Assembly (NCBI GenBank): GCA_934660865.1
Contig: CAKUIA010000017.1
Location: 30,001-62,000 of the forward strand
Length of the DNA stretch: 32,000 nt
From: an uncultured Opitutales bacterium
Lineage (GTDB): Bacteria; Verrucomicrobiota; Verrucomicrobiia; Opitutales; Intestinicryptomonadaceae
Reading direction: 5' to 3'
A program made the position numbers and the translations under genes. The notes beneath the pieces are model-generated. The model saw nothing but the letters and a program-made list of their open reading frames with translations. It was not told the DNA's origin and did not search any database. Each line of letters starts with the position of its first letter. Positions within the stretch are counted from its first letter, which is position 1. Of the stretch, positions 1 through 9,359 are shown one piece after another.

Positions 1-271
1 ATTCCTTTCATTGCTGCGTTTTTTGCATAATATTTAAAAAGCAGTTTTTATGTATTGATACAAAAAACAGGGGCAATGCAAGGCTCGAAAGCCTGTTTAA
101 TATATTGGGCATTCCGTCTAGAATGGCGTTTGGCGAACAAGATATAGAAAGGCTTATCCGCGAAAAAATCGATTTCGACAAAGTGGATAAAAATTTGGGC
201 ATTTTAAGGGATAAATCAGTCGGGTTTCTTGGCGCGGCGTTAGGCCGAAATATCTAAGATTTTAAAAAGTT

Positions 272-1510
272 ATGCGCTCTTTTAATTCAATAATATTCGT
301 TATATTTTTTCTTATATACGGCACATTTTGCGTATTCCAATTTTTGTCGGGAAGCGTTTTCGAAGGTGCGTTTGCCTCGCGCGAAAATTCGGTGCAAATG
401 TATTTGTACATTGCCGTGTTTATTATAACCATAATAGGCATTTTGCCGCATTCGACAAAACTTAAAGGGCAAGACAGCATGTTTTACCTTGTTATTGTCT
501 ATATGCTGTACTATGTGGTTGTCACGGTTTTCTATCTGCTATTAACCCATATTGACGACATTAAATATATTGGTACGGGTGTTATAATGTCGTCGGTATC
601 GCCGCTGGTGTTTCTGTTTTTTTACCATTGCGCAAAGGAAAGCGACATTTCGCTTCGCAAGTGTGTTATAGGTTTTTCGATACTGTTGTTTATCGATACC
701 TGCGCAACGCTAAGGCTTTACAACTTTTCGTTTGAGTATTCAAACTGGGTGGTTATAATGCAGTTTTACACTTTGTTTTTTATTTTGCCGTGGATGCTGT
801 GTATACGAAAAAGATTTGTAAACATAGCCATCTTTTTTGTATTTGCATTGTTGACCGCATATTCGGCAAAGCGAGGGGCGTTTTTAACTTTGTTGGGAAG
901 TATAATGGTTTTTTACATGCTAAAAAGCTATATAAAAAACAAAAATTTGGCTTCGGTTTTACTGTATCCCGTCATTATAATCCCGCCGGTTTTATGCCTT
1001 ATTTTCTGCTTTATAGACTTTTCATTTATGATGGAAAAGATGGAGTCGATTTCCATCGACAGAGGATCGGGCAGATTGGATATTTACCAGCTAATATTCG
1101 ATACGTATAAAAATTCCGGTTTCATGATGCAGTTTTTCGGCAACGGCGGCTATTACGGAGCAAAGGATATTACAATGCAGGTGGAAATTCACGGCGCGCA
1201 CAACGACTTTTTACAGGTATTGCTCGATATAGGAATACCCGGGCTTATTATCCTGTTTAGCATGATCTACATTTTGGTAAAACGGTTTTTTACATTGGTA
1301 AAAAGCAGCTCTTTTATTGCTCCCGCCTACGGGACAACGCTTGTTATGATTTTAGTTCTGTCGAATGTAAGTACCGTCTTTTGCGGAAACTTTACTACAA
1401 TACCTATTTGGGCGTTTTGGGGCTATATAATAGGGGCAATGAATGCAAACAACTACAACAATTTCCTAATGTATCCCCCGCAGGATACTAATTTTCTATG
1501 GAAAAGGTAA
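272..1510 (+). CDS. O-antigen polymerase/ligase family integral membrane protein (Wzy/WaaL type)
   Basis: 412-aa ORF that is hydrophobic and multi-helix throughout. The loop motif 'IHGAHNDFLQVLLDIGIPGLIILF' matches the AHN-x-(F/Y)L-x-x-L-x-x-G-x-x-G signature of the O-antigen ligase/polymerase family. It is first in a run of glycan-assembly genes and overlaps the next ORF by 13 nt. Confidence 0.7.
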   Translation: MRSFNSIIFVIFFLIYGTFCVFQFLSGSVFEGAFASRENSVQMYLYIAVFIITIIGILPHSTKLKGQDSMFYLVIVYMLYYVVVTVFYLLLTHIDDIKYIGTGVIMSSVSPLVFLFFYHCAKESDISLRKCVIGFSILLFIDTCATLRLYNFSFEYSNWVVIMQFYTLFFILPWMLCIRKRFVNIAIFFVFALLTAYSAKRGAFLTLLGSIMVFYMLKSYIKNKNLASVLLYPVIIIPPVLCLIFCFIDFSFMMEKMESISIDRGSGRLDIYQLIFDTYKNSGFMMQFFGNGGYYGAKDITMQVEIHGAHNDFLQVLLDIGIPGLIILFSMIYILVKRFFTLVKSSSFIAPAYGTTLVMILVLSNVSTVFCGNFTTIPIWAFWGYIIGAMNANNYNNFLMYPPQDTNFLWKR

Positions 1511-2505
1511 ACATATTAACGGGCTCTAAAAGCCCCGTGTTCTTAAGGCAGCTAGACACCGAAAGATTCGCGGGAAGTTTCGAGTTTTTCGAGAACAGCA
1601 ACGAGGATATTTTGTGGGACTACGTTGTTGTATACGAAGAATGCCCAATGCCGAAAAAAATTCGATGCAAAAAGGGCGGTTTATACTTCTTTTCGGGCGA
1701 GCCGAGCGATTCGCGTTTTTACGGAAAAGGTTTTCTTTCGCAATTCGACCACGTTATTGCCACCCATAAAAACATTAAAAACAAAAATTTTATAAACTCG
1801 AATACGGCGCTAAATTGGCATTTCGGCAGGGGCACTGCAAGCGGCAAAATAAACTTCGATTTTGCAATGCTAAAAGCAATGCCGTTGCCCGAAAAACAAA
1901 AGAATATATCGGTAATAACTTCGCGGCTTAATATGATGCCGGGGCACCTAAAACGCCTTAAGTTTTTAGACGCCCTGCGCAGCCGCTATGGCGACAAAAT
2001 AGACTATTTCGGAAAGGGCGTTAGATTTATAGACGACAAGGCCGAGGCTATTTTGCCCTACAAATTCCATATTTGTTTGGAAAATTCGCCCGAAAAAAAT
2101 TATTGGACGGAAAAGTTTGCAGACCCCCTTTTGGGTTTTACCGTTCCCATATATTTCGGCGACAAATCCATTTTCGACTACTTCGACAAAAACGCGTTCT
2201 ATTTTATAGACATAGGCGAGCCCGACAAGGCGTTCGAAATTATAGACAAGATTTTGGATAATCCCGACGCAATATATGCCGAAAAACTGCCGTATTTGAC
2301 GTCCGAAAGAAATCGCCTTTTAAACGACTATAACTTCTTTACGGTGTTTGCAAACTATGCAAAAAAATTCGGCATAGAACAGTCGGAAGTTTTGCACACT
2401 TTGTATCCCGTAAGCTCGTTCTTTGGGGGCAAAGTAGGGCGCTTTGTTCTCCGTTTAAAAAGGGGGCTGTACAAATTATATTCTAAAATTTCGGCGTCAT
2501 GCTAA
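1498..2505 (+). CDS. GT10-like glycosyltransferase (alpha-1,3/4-fucosyltransferase family)
   Basis: 335 aa. 'YKFHICLENSPEKNYWTEKFADPLLGFTVPIYFGDKSIFDYF' matches, as I remember it, the GT10 C-terminal motif (YKF-x-L/C-FENS-x4-Y-x-TEK ... PIY-x-G), e.g. Helicobacter FutA. Start and stop overlap both neighbours (13 nt and 7 nt). Confidence 0.7.
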   Translation: MEKVNILTGSKSPVFLRQLDTERFAGSFEFFENSNEDILWDYVVVYEECPMPKKIRCKKGGLYFFSGEPSDSRFYGKGFLSQFDHVIATHKNIKNKNFINSNTALNWHFGRGTASGKINFDFAMLKAMPLPEKQKNISVITSRLNMMPGHLKRLKFLDALRSRYGDKIDYFGKGVRFIDDKAEAILPYKFHICLENSPEKNYWTEKFADPLLGFTVPIYFGDKSIFDYFDKNAFYFIDIGEPDKAFEIIDKILDNPDAIYAEKLPYLTSERNRLLNDYNFFTVFANYAKKFGIEQSEVLHTLYPVSSFFGGKVGRFVLRLKRGLYKLYSKISASC

Positions 2506-3425
2506 AAATCGGCATAATAGTTGCAGTCTACAATTTGTCCGACAAGTTGGACGACCTTTTAAATTCTCTTGAAAAGCAGGATTTGCCCGAAAGCGAATTC
2601 GAGGTGATTTTTGTAGACGACGGCAGCCAAGACAATTCGGCGGAAATTATCCTGGGCAGAAAACGCGCCAACTGGAAAGTGGTTAAGCAGCCCAACAAAA
2701 AGCAGGGGGCTGCGCGCAACAACGGTTTGGCCCATTCCGCGGCGGAATATGTTTGGTTTGTAGACGGCGACGACGCCATTGCCCCAAATTGCCTTGGCAA
2801 GTTGTATTCAACGGCAAAGACAAACAATTTAGACGTGCTTTTGTTTAAAATAAACAAGGTAAAACAAGGGAGCGTTATAGGGCAAATTCCCGAAAACGAG
2901 TTTGCCGCGCAAAACAGGGTGTTAGGCGGTGCAGACTATCTGAATATGCGCCAACTTACCCTTTGCTCGGTTTATATATACAAACGCAGTTTTTTGACGG
3001 AAAACAGCTTGCGTTATATAGAAGGTGTATTTTTTGAAGATTCCGAATTTATGCCGCGCGTATTTTGCCTTGCAAAAAGAATTATGTTTATTCCAATGCC
3101 GGCGTACATATATATAGAAAGGACAAACTCTACAACAAAGTCGTTTACGGCAGAAAAACTCGTATCTTCGGCCGCGGCAACAATGCAAATGTGCACCAAT
3201 GCGACTTTGGCCGGAAAAAATGTTTGCTCGGCAATGCACTACTATGCCGCAATGCAATTCAACACAACTTTTGCAATTTACAGAAAACTTAAAAACAAAA
3301 AAGCCGTGCAGCTTAACAAATCCTTAAAGCGCAAAGTTGTAGCGTCTATGTTGCGGGCAAAACGGCCAAAATATTTTGCCGAGGGAGTTTTTCTGCAATT
3401 ATTTTGGAGGTTTATATTCAACTAA
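2499..3425 (+). CDS. GT2 family glycosyltransferase
   Basis: 308 aa. N-terminal 'IGIIVAVYNLSDKLDDLLNSLEKQ', 'FEVIFVDDGSQDNS', 'QGAARNNGL' and 'YVWFVDGDD' (DxD) form the classic GT-A/GT2 motif series. Confidence 0.85.
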   Translation: MLKIGIIVAVYNLSDKLDDLLNSLEKQDLPESEFEVIFVDDGSQDNSAEIILGRKRANWKVVKQPNKKQGAARNNGLAHSAAEYVWFVDGDDAIAPNCLGKLYSTAKTNNLDVLLFKINKVKQGSVIGQIPENEFAAQNRVLGGADYLNMRQLTLCSVYIYKRSFLTENSLRYIEGVFFEDSEFMPRVFCLAKRIMFIPMPAYIYIERTNSTTKSFTAEKLVSSAAATMQMCTNATLAGKNVCSAMHYYAAMQFNTTFAIYRKLKNKKAVQLNKSLKRKVVASMLRAKRPKYFAEGVFLQLFWRFIFN

Positions 3426-3442
3426 AGAATGCTTAAATTTTT

Positions 3443-4330
3443 ATGAATACATTAAAAAGATTTATATTGAAATTTTTAAATGCCTGCATTTTGTTTTCGG
3501 AAAACTTCAAGAAGAAAATTCCCGTTACAATTCCCGTATTTAACGGAAATTTGCTTGACGGCCGCACCGCGTTGATAACGGGCGGCACACAGGGAATAGG
3601 CTTTGCCGTTGCCGACGCATTTGTTAAAAACAATGCAGCGGTTGTAATTACGGGCAGAAACCTTGAACGCATAAACACCGCTTTAAACGCCTTAAAAAGC
3701 GGCAATCCGGGAAAGTCCGACAAAATTTTCGGCATTGTAATGGACGTTTCAAAACCCGAACTATTCGACGCAAAGATAGACGAAATTTCGCGGCTAATAG
3801 GCGGACAAAAAATTGATATTTTGGTGAACAATGCGGGGATAATGCGCGGCTCTTTCGAAAACGCGACCGAAAACGATTTTAACGAAGTATTAAACACAAA
3901 TGTAAAGGGCACATTTTTCCTTTCGCGCACCATGGCAAAATATATGGTAAAAAATAAAATCGCGGGCAATATCCTTAATGTTGCGTCTTCCTCCAGCCTA
4001 AGGCCTGCAATTTCGCCGTATACGCTGTCGAAATGGAGCATTAGGGGAATGACAATGGGGCTTGCGAAATCTTTGATAAAATATAACATTGTCGTAAACG
4101 GCATAGCCCCGGGGCCCACGGCAACACCTTTGCTTGTAAACCCAATGCAGGAAAGCATTTCGTGCAAAGAATCGCCAAGCAAACGCTTTGCAACTTCGCA
4201 GGAAATTGCAAATATGGCCGTGGTTTTAACAAGCGACCTCGGCAAAATGGTAGTAGGCGACATTGTCTATATGACGGGCGGTTGCGGGAATTTAACCTAC
4301 GACGACATAAACTACGATATAAACCTTTAA
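3443..4330 (+). CDS. Short-chain dehydrogenase/reductase (SDR) family oxidoreductase
   Basis: 295 aa. Contains 'ALITGGTQGIGFA' (TGxxxGxG), 'NNAG' and 'YTLSKW' (YxxxK). It has a ~40-aa N-terminal extension before the Rossmann motif, so an internal start is possible. Confidence 0.85.
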   Translation: MNTLKRFILKFLNACILFSENFKKKIPVTIPVFNGNLLDGRTALITGGTQGIGFAVADAFVKNNAAVVITGRNLERINTALNALKSGNPGKSDKIFGIVMDVSKPELFDAKIDEISRLIGGQKIDILVNNAGIMRGSFENATENDFNEVLNTNVKGTFFLSRTMAKYMVKNKIAGNILNVASSSSLRPAISPYTLSKWSIRGMTMGLAKSLIKYNIVVNGIAPGPTATPLLVNPMQESISCKESPSKRFATSQEIANMAVVLTSDLGKMVVGDIVYMTGGCGNLTYDDINYDINL

Positions 4331-4339
4331 AAGCATTTT

Positions 4340-5383
4340 ATGCAAAAGGCGGTTTTCGACAAGTTCGCTTTCCTGGCATTTTATATGTCGCTGCTGGTAG
4401 TCGGCATACACCTTTGTGTCGACACATTTTATAAATTCGATTTCAACAATCCCGCAGATGTGGTTGTCTACAATCAAATTTATTTTGTACGCAACGTATT
4501 GGCTTTAATTGCGGTTCCAATGTTTTTTATAAAGTCGGGAATTTTGTTCTTTTACAATTTTACGCCCAAAGATTATTTCAGAAAAATTAAACGAAGGTTT
4601 TCTTCCATATTTATACCGTTTTGCGTTTGGAATGTGCTTTGCTATTTATTTGATTTAACGGTTTGCAATTTTCCGCTTACGGCAAAATTCATACAAAACA
4701 GAAGCGTAGATTTCGGCCTGTCGGAATTTTTTTGCGCCGCATTTTTTTACACAAACAATCCCGTAAACTGGTTTTTGTTTCAGTTGATGTTTTTTGCGGT
4801 AATTTCGCCCGTATTCTATTATTTGGCGAAAAACGTTTATGTTGCGGGAGCCGTTATTTTTATATGCCTTTGCGATATTGCGTGTGTAAACAAATTCTTC
4901 GAACAATTTCATTTGCTGTATTTTTCGGTGGCGTTCGGCGTGTATTTGTTCGGAGCCGTAATCGGAATGCACTATAAACAACTTTTAGGCACAGTATATA
5001 AAACGGGCGCTGTCGCAATTAGCTGGGCGGCTTTTGCATTGTTTTTATTGGCAATATTCTATGTAAGAACGCATAATATTGCGATAATTCCCGTAAATTT
5101 CCTAAAAATGGGCGCAATTATAAGTTTGTGGATTGGATTGAGCAGGGCGAAAATTTCCCCAAAATGGTACTATGGGGCGTCTTTTATAATTTACGAATCG
5201 CAGGTAATTGTAGCTTCGGCAATCTTAAAAGTAATTTTAATTTTACTGCCAAATAACAGCTTTTTTGCAGCGCTTAATTTCTACGCAACCATAGCGTTAA
5301 GCGCGCTTGTAAGCATTTGCATTTATAGCTTGGCAAAAAAATATTTCCCTAAAATCTTTGCATGCCTAAACGGCGGCCGGTAG
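4340..5383 (+). CDS. Acyltransferase-3 family membrane protein (probable glycan O-acetyltransferase)
   Basis: 347 aa with ~10 predicted TM helices and no soluble domain. Size, topology and position inside a polysaccharide locus fit the Acyl_transf_3 family. The call rests on architecture and context rather than a sharp motif. Confidence 0.55.
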   Translation: MQKAVFDKFAFLAFYMSLLVVGIHLCVDTFYKFDFNNPADVVVYNQIYFVRNVLALIAVPMFFIKSGILFFYNFTPKDYFRKIKRRFSSIFIPFCVWNVLCYLFDLTVCNFPLTAKFIQNRSVDFGLSEFFCAAFFYTNNPVNWFLFQLMFFAVISPVFYYLAKNVYVAGAVIFICLCDIACVNKFFEQFHLLYFSVAFGVYLFGAVIGMHYKQLLGTVYKTGAVAISWAAFALFLLAIFYVRTHNIAIIPVNFLKMGAIISLWIGLSRAKISPKWYYGASFIIYESQVIVASAILKVILILLPNNSFFAALNFYATIALSALVSICIYSLAKKYFPKIFACLNGGR

Positions 5384-5415
5384 TTTTTTTAACGTAGCTT
5401 TTATTAAGCGCCAAC

Positions 5416-5443
5416 AAGGCAAATTTTTATATAAATTTGCCTT
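5416..5443 (+). terminator. Perfect 11-bp inverted repeat hairpin downstream of the acyltransferase gene
   Basis: AAGGCAAATTT-ttatat-AAATTTGCCTT lies 33 nt after the stop at 5383. No clean T-run follows (TATAATCC), so it could be a terminator or an operator-like palindrome. It marks the left edge of the AT-rich islet. Confidence 0.35.
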
Positions 5444-5621
5444 TATAATCCATAAAAACAATTCCTTTTCAAAAGACAGGCTTTTTGAGACACATAACAG
5501 CATATAAATATCTCATTGATTTATAGTATATTACAAAAATTAAAACTAAAGCCTTGTTTGTCGCACAAGGTATATTATGTCTACTTGCATAACATAGGTT
5601 GACTTTCTATAAAAGATTTCT

Positions 5622-6272
5622 ATGCTCGCCAGAGTGATGAAATTGATATTAAAAGTCCTGCTTGCAATGCTTGTTTCATTTGCTTTTGTATCTGTTGCAA
5701 ACGTATTTCCTGCCGCAAATATTTCAAACGCGGCAAATTTAGATGTTGTAGAAATTCTGTTATGCGAATTGGACAATTCTAAATTTCATTCGCAAATCGA
5801 AAAAATCGAAAATCAATCGATTCCCTACATGCTTACAGAAATTGTTTGGAACGATTGCAAAATGAGCAAAAACGCTGATTTATTGCTTCCGAAAGAATAT
5901 TGTAAAACCGATATTGGTGTATTTTGCTCTAATGAGATGAATTTAAAAGCATTTTCTAAATGTCTATCAAAACTAATATCATTGGGGAAAATGTTGCCAA
6001 CAGGATTGATATCCGGCACCGACTTATTGCCGAACGCCCCAAAAAATTTACCTTTTGCAATTACAAGAATTACCATTTTTAACGGAAAAGAAAAAATCTC
6101 CATTCTTTTCAATGATATAAACTATATTTGGGGAAAGAAAGATATATGTAAGACAAATATGGTTGCAGCTAATGTTAACGCTTTTATAATCGAATATGCC
6201 AATATAATTGCGTCTTTCAACGATACAGAAGCTTTTAATTGTTTCTTCCCTACCCTAAAACTGTATAACTAA
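5622..6272 (+). CDS. Hypothetical exported protein
   Basis: 216-aa ORF with an N-terminal hydrophobic signal-like segment (MKLILKVLLAMLVSFAFVSVANVFPA). I recognise no motif. It lies in the AT-rich islet; an alternative start is at 5637. Confidence 0.45.
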   Translation: MLARVMKLILKVLLAMLVSFAFVSVANVFPAANISNAANLDVVEILLCELDNSKFHSQIEKIENQSIPYMLTEIVWNDCKMSKNADLLLPKEYCKTDIGVFCSNEMNLKAFSKCLSKLISLGKMLPTGLISGTDLLPNAPKNLPFAITRITIFNGKEKISILFNDINYIWGKKDICKTNMVAANVNAFIIEYANIIASFNDTEAFNCFFPTLKLYN

Positions 6273-6285
6273 TCTTAAAATTATT

Positions 6286-6621
6286 ATGAAAAACATCGTT
6301 TCAGTCTTGTTTTTTAGTTTAGTTGCGATGGCATTGTGTGCGGCAATGCCGAATACCGTTGCCCATTCCGATAAATTGAATGCGGATACTAAAGTTATAG
6401 ATATACAACTTGATAAAGAAAATGCGGTAAAAATTGCGGAAACCGTGTTATGCCATATTTACGGGAATAAAGTCTTATATCAAAAGCCGTGGCGCGTCGA
6501 GGAAAGCAAAGAATCTTATATCATCAAAGGGCAATTACCTTCCAATACGCTTGGGGGTACGGCAATGGTAGAGATATCAAAGAAAACCGGTCAAGTTCTG
6601 AATTATTCCCACGGCAAATGA
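6286..6621 (+). CDS. NTF2-fold immunity protein-like small exported protein
   Basis: 111 aa with a signal peptide (MKNIVSVLFFSLVAMALCAA). 'ENAVKIAETVLCHIYGNKVLYQKPWRVEESKESYIIKGQLPSNTLGGTAMVEISKKTGQVLNYSHGK' follows the pattern I remember for Imm-NTF2 proteins (A-x-x-IAE...IYG...KP...W-x-V/I-x-G-x-LP...GG...EI-x-K-x-x-G-x-(V/I)L...HGK). Confidence 0.5.
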   Translation: MKNIVSVLFFSLVAMALCAAMPNTVAHSDKLNADTKVIDIQLDKENAVKIAETVLCHIYGNKVLYQKPWRVEESKESYIIKGQLPSNTLGGTAMVEISKKTGQVLNYSHGK

Positions 6622-6736
6622 GATTAACAAAATTTTGTTTATGCAATATAATTTTGGCGATATTTCGCCGTGGCGTTTCATCTTAACCCAACAAATCTTC
6701 AAATATGAAATACACTAAAGACTTAAGTATACGGAT

Positions 6737-7126
6737 ATGAAAAACTATATAAATAAAATTTTGGCACTGGCCCTATTTTTTCTTTTGCATGTCAATGCCT
6801 TCGCAGAAAATATTGAAAACGGCATTTGTGTTTCATACAAGGTTGTACAAGCCCGGGAAATTGAAACAACTTTTTTTAAAGATTCATCAAATGCAAAGCC
6901 AATGCCGAACGATTTGTATGTAATTGGTTATATCCGCCAAAATATACCTGTAAAATACGATGTGTCGTGCACGTTATATTTTTACAACCCCGGACAACGC
7001 GGCTTAAAGAGAATTGCAAAAATCGGTTGGATTGGCACGGGCAAATTCTTTTTATTGCAACTGGGCAGCAAGGATATTTATAGCAAAGATTTGCAATACG
7101 AAATAAAAATTGACATGCGAAAATAA
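6737..7126 (+). CDS. Hypothetical exported protein
   Basis: 129 aa with signal peptide 'ILALALFFLLHVNAFA-EN'. No recognised motif. Lies in the AT-rich islet. Confidence 0.45.
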   Translation: MKNYINKILALALFFLLHVNAFAENIENGICVSYKVVQAREIETTFFKDSSNAKPMPNDLYVIGYIRQNIPVKYDVSCTLYFYNPGQRGLKRIAKIGWIGTGKFFLLQLGSKDIYSKDLQYEIKIDMRK

Positions 7127-7186
7127 TTGGACAAGGCGATTTTTTTGAAAGACTGTTTGCAATACTAAGCATAACATAAAATAGCC

Positions 7187-7567
7187 ATGAAATTTATAAA
7201 ATATATAACAGTTATTTTGCTGATATTGGTTTTTATGTTATGCGCAATTAACCATTTGGTATTTAAAATAGGATACGGTATTCCGGGCGGTGAAATAGAT
7301 TTTGTAGGGCTTACAAAAATCGACGCTATAAAAAAGCTTCAGGAAAAGAAAATTGGAGATTTAATATTAATATTTGTAGGCGGCTATAAAGGAAGAAGTT
7401 ATAAAAATATAAACGAAGTTGAAAAAGACCCGTATATAATACAGTCGAAGATTTTGGGTGTAAACTGTAAACAAGCGGGCAATGTCAATTATATGCAAAT
7501 TCTTTTTTTTGATGAAACAGAACGCGTATATAAACAAAAAATTAGCTATTCATTTGACGGGCCGTAG
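7187..7567 (+). CDS. Hypothetical N-terminally membrane-anchored small protein
   Basis: 126 aa with N-terminal TM/signal anchor 'YITVILLILVFMLCAINHLVF'. No recognised motif. It is the last gene of the AT-rich islet. Confidence 0.45.
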   Translation: MKFIKYITVILLILVFMLCAINHLVFKIGYGIPGGEIDFVGLTKIDAIKKLQEKKIGDLILIFVGGYKGRSYKNINEVEKDPYIIQSKILGVNCKQAGNVNYMQILFFDETERVYKQKISYSFDGP

Positions 7568-7799
7568 CTTGCATTTTTAATATACTTACAATTAAAATGT
7601 TATGAAAACAAAAAAATTAGATATGCAGTTTCATATGGCAATTCGCTGTTTTCTAGATTAAACTTTTCGCGGCCGTTTGGTTTTGTGTTGTTAACAGATA
7701 AATGGCTTGTGTTCGGGCGGCGTATTTTACGCAAACGCAACAAAAGTTCTCTGTATTTTGATAAAGCCCTACCCTTATTTTTTCGGGTGTTTTGTGGGG

Positions 7800-9338
7800 T
7801 TAGTGTTTGTGGAGTTTTTGCTTTATTTGTTGCATGAGGGCGGATTTTTCGGATTTGGTTAGGCCGAATGCAAATATTGCAAACAAAACCAAAATTTCGG
7901 TAGATGCCGTATCGAACACGAATTTTGCAAAAGCAAAATCTATGCGCACAAAGTTTATCAAAATTTCCGAAAATGCCGTTGCAAACGCGCAAACGGCAAA
8001 AATTCTGGCGGCAACCTCGGTTATGTAGGCCGATATGCTTATGTTATACGCCTTTTTTGCCATAACAATTCTTGAAAGCGCAACAAGCGATATCATTGCC
8101 ACCAAAACAAAATATACATAACTTGGGCTAAAGCCGCATTTTAGGAATACATACGAAATCGGAATGTTTAAGCTATTGATTATAAACAGGATAATTTCGT
8201 AGGTCTTAATGTTGCCCTCCGCAAACAAGCCTATTGCAAACGGCCACGAAACCGTGTCTATTATTATCGAAATCGCCAGCAAAACCACAAACGAATTTGT
8301 GTAGGCCGGATACTCACCAAGCCATAAGTACAGGAAATAATCGGCCCTTGCAATTATGGGGAAAGCCAATGTGGCCATCAAAAAAAACGAGAATTTGGAG
8401 CTTAAAAAAACGGTTTTTTGCATTGCGGGCAAATTTTTGTCGGCATACAGTTTTGTTATTTGCGGCTGGGCCGACACTAAAAAGGTATTTACAAAGCTTG
8501 CAAGCGTAGATGATATTTGAACCGAAATGCCCCTTGCCGCGTTTACCGCATTGCCGAAAAACAGGTTCAGCATTATGTTAAGCCCCTGGTCTCTGATAAT
8601 CGATGCGCCGTTGCCCAAAAATGCCCAGCCGGTGAAAATTCCCATATTTTTCAATATGCCGAAATCTACCTCAAAACGCTGTTTGTATTGCCCGAACTTA
8701 AATTTTACAAATACCGAGCACAAAGCCAAAACCGCGACTATGACAAGGGTATTTAGCGTTGCAAACAGCGGCAGTTTGTCGAAGTCCGCAAACAGCAGGC
8801 AGACTGCCACAAGCAGCTTGCAAAGGGCTTCGAACACCCCTTTAAAGGCGTAAAACGACATTTTTTCGTAGGCTATTATTATTGCGTCGAAAGGAACGTA
8901 TAACATTCGCAACGCAAAGCTTATGCAGGCGCAAAGCAGCACATAAATTGCGGTTTCAACCCTGTCGTGGGCAATAACCATTTTGTTGCATATAAACCAA
9001 TAGCCGCCCGCAAAGGCCAAAATGCACAAAATTGCACCCAAAAAGGCCTGCATAAACAATGCGGTAGAAAACAGTTTTTGGATTTTTGCGACGTTGTTTT
9101 TGCCCAATTCGTAGGTGATAAATCTGCTAATCGAAACGGGTATTGCCCCCGTAACAATTTCGAACATTGCAACAACGCCGTATACTACATTGTATATGCC
9201 GAAATCCTCTACACCAAGCTGTTTAAGAACAACCCTTGTAGAGAAAAACCCGACAAAAACGCAAAATATTTGCCTTAAAAACAAATATAAAGTGTTTTTT
9301 AAAAGCCTTTTCTTCGACGCAACGTAAGCCATCTGCAA
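7800..9338 (-). CDS. wzx: Polysaccharide/O-antigen flippase, MOP superfamily (Wzx-like)
   Basis: 512 aa with ~14 TM helices. The N-terminus 'LLKNTLYLFLRQIFCVFVGFFSTRVVLKQLGVEDFGIYNVVYGVV' is typical of Wzx/polysaccharide biosynthesis proteins. It is the last gene of the minus-strand glycan operon. Confidence 0.75.
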   Translation of the reverse strand: MQMAYVASKKRLLKNTLYLFLRQIFCVFVGFFSTRVVLKQLGVEDFGIYNVVYGVVAMFEIVTGAIPVSISRFITYELGKNNVAKIQKLFSTALFMQAFLGAILCILAFAGGYWFICNKMVIAHDRVETAIYVLLCACISFALRMLYVPFDAIIIAYEKMSFYAFKGVFEALCKLLVAVCLLFADFDKLPLFATLNTLVIVAVLALCSVFVKFKFGQYKQRFEVDFGILKNMGIFTGWAFLGNGASIIRDQGLNIMLNLFFGNAVNAARGISVQISSTLASFVNTFLVSAQPQITKLYADKNLPAMQKTVFLSSKFSFFLMATLAFPIIARADYFLYLWLGEYPAYTNSFVVLLAISIIIDTVSWPFAIGLFAEGNIKTYEIILFIINSLNIPISYVFLKCGFSPSYVYFVLVAMISLVALSRIVMAKKAYNISISAYITEVAARIFAVCAFATAFSEILINFVRIDFAFAKFVFDTASTEILVLFAIFAFGLTKSEKSALMQQIKQKLHKH

Positions 9339-9359
9339 AGATATATTGCCGCAAAAAAA

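Noticed and set aside
1-257. Possible 3' end of a plus-strand gene running in from the left edge. Frame 3 is open from nt 3 to the TAA at 255-257 and ends '...MAFGEQDIERLIREKIDFDKVDKNLGILRDKSVGFLGAALGRNI'. It competes with the 64-aa minus-strand ORF at 8-202.
   Set aside because: The last ~45 codons look protein-like. The first ~40 codons, however, translate to implausible sequence, and a hairpin (AGGCT-cgaa-AGCCT, ~81-94) sits in the middle. The minus-strand ORF looks like an antisense shadow. Neither could be supported well enough to list as a feature.
7600-7992. 130-aa minus-strand ORF spanning the wzx 3' end and the downstream intergenic region.
   Set aside because: It overlaps the strongly supported wzx CDS in another frame. 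Its composition is R/K/N/C-rich and low-complexity, with no motif. It is most likely spurious.
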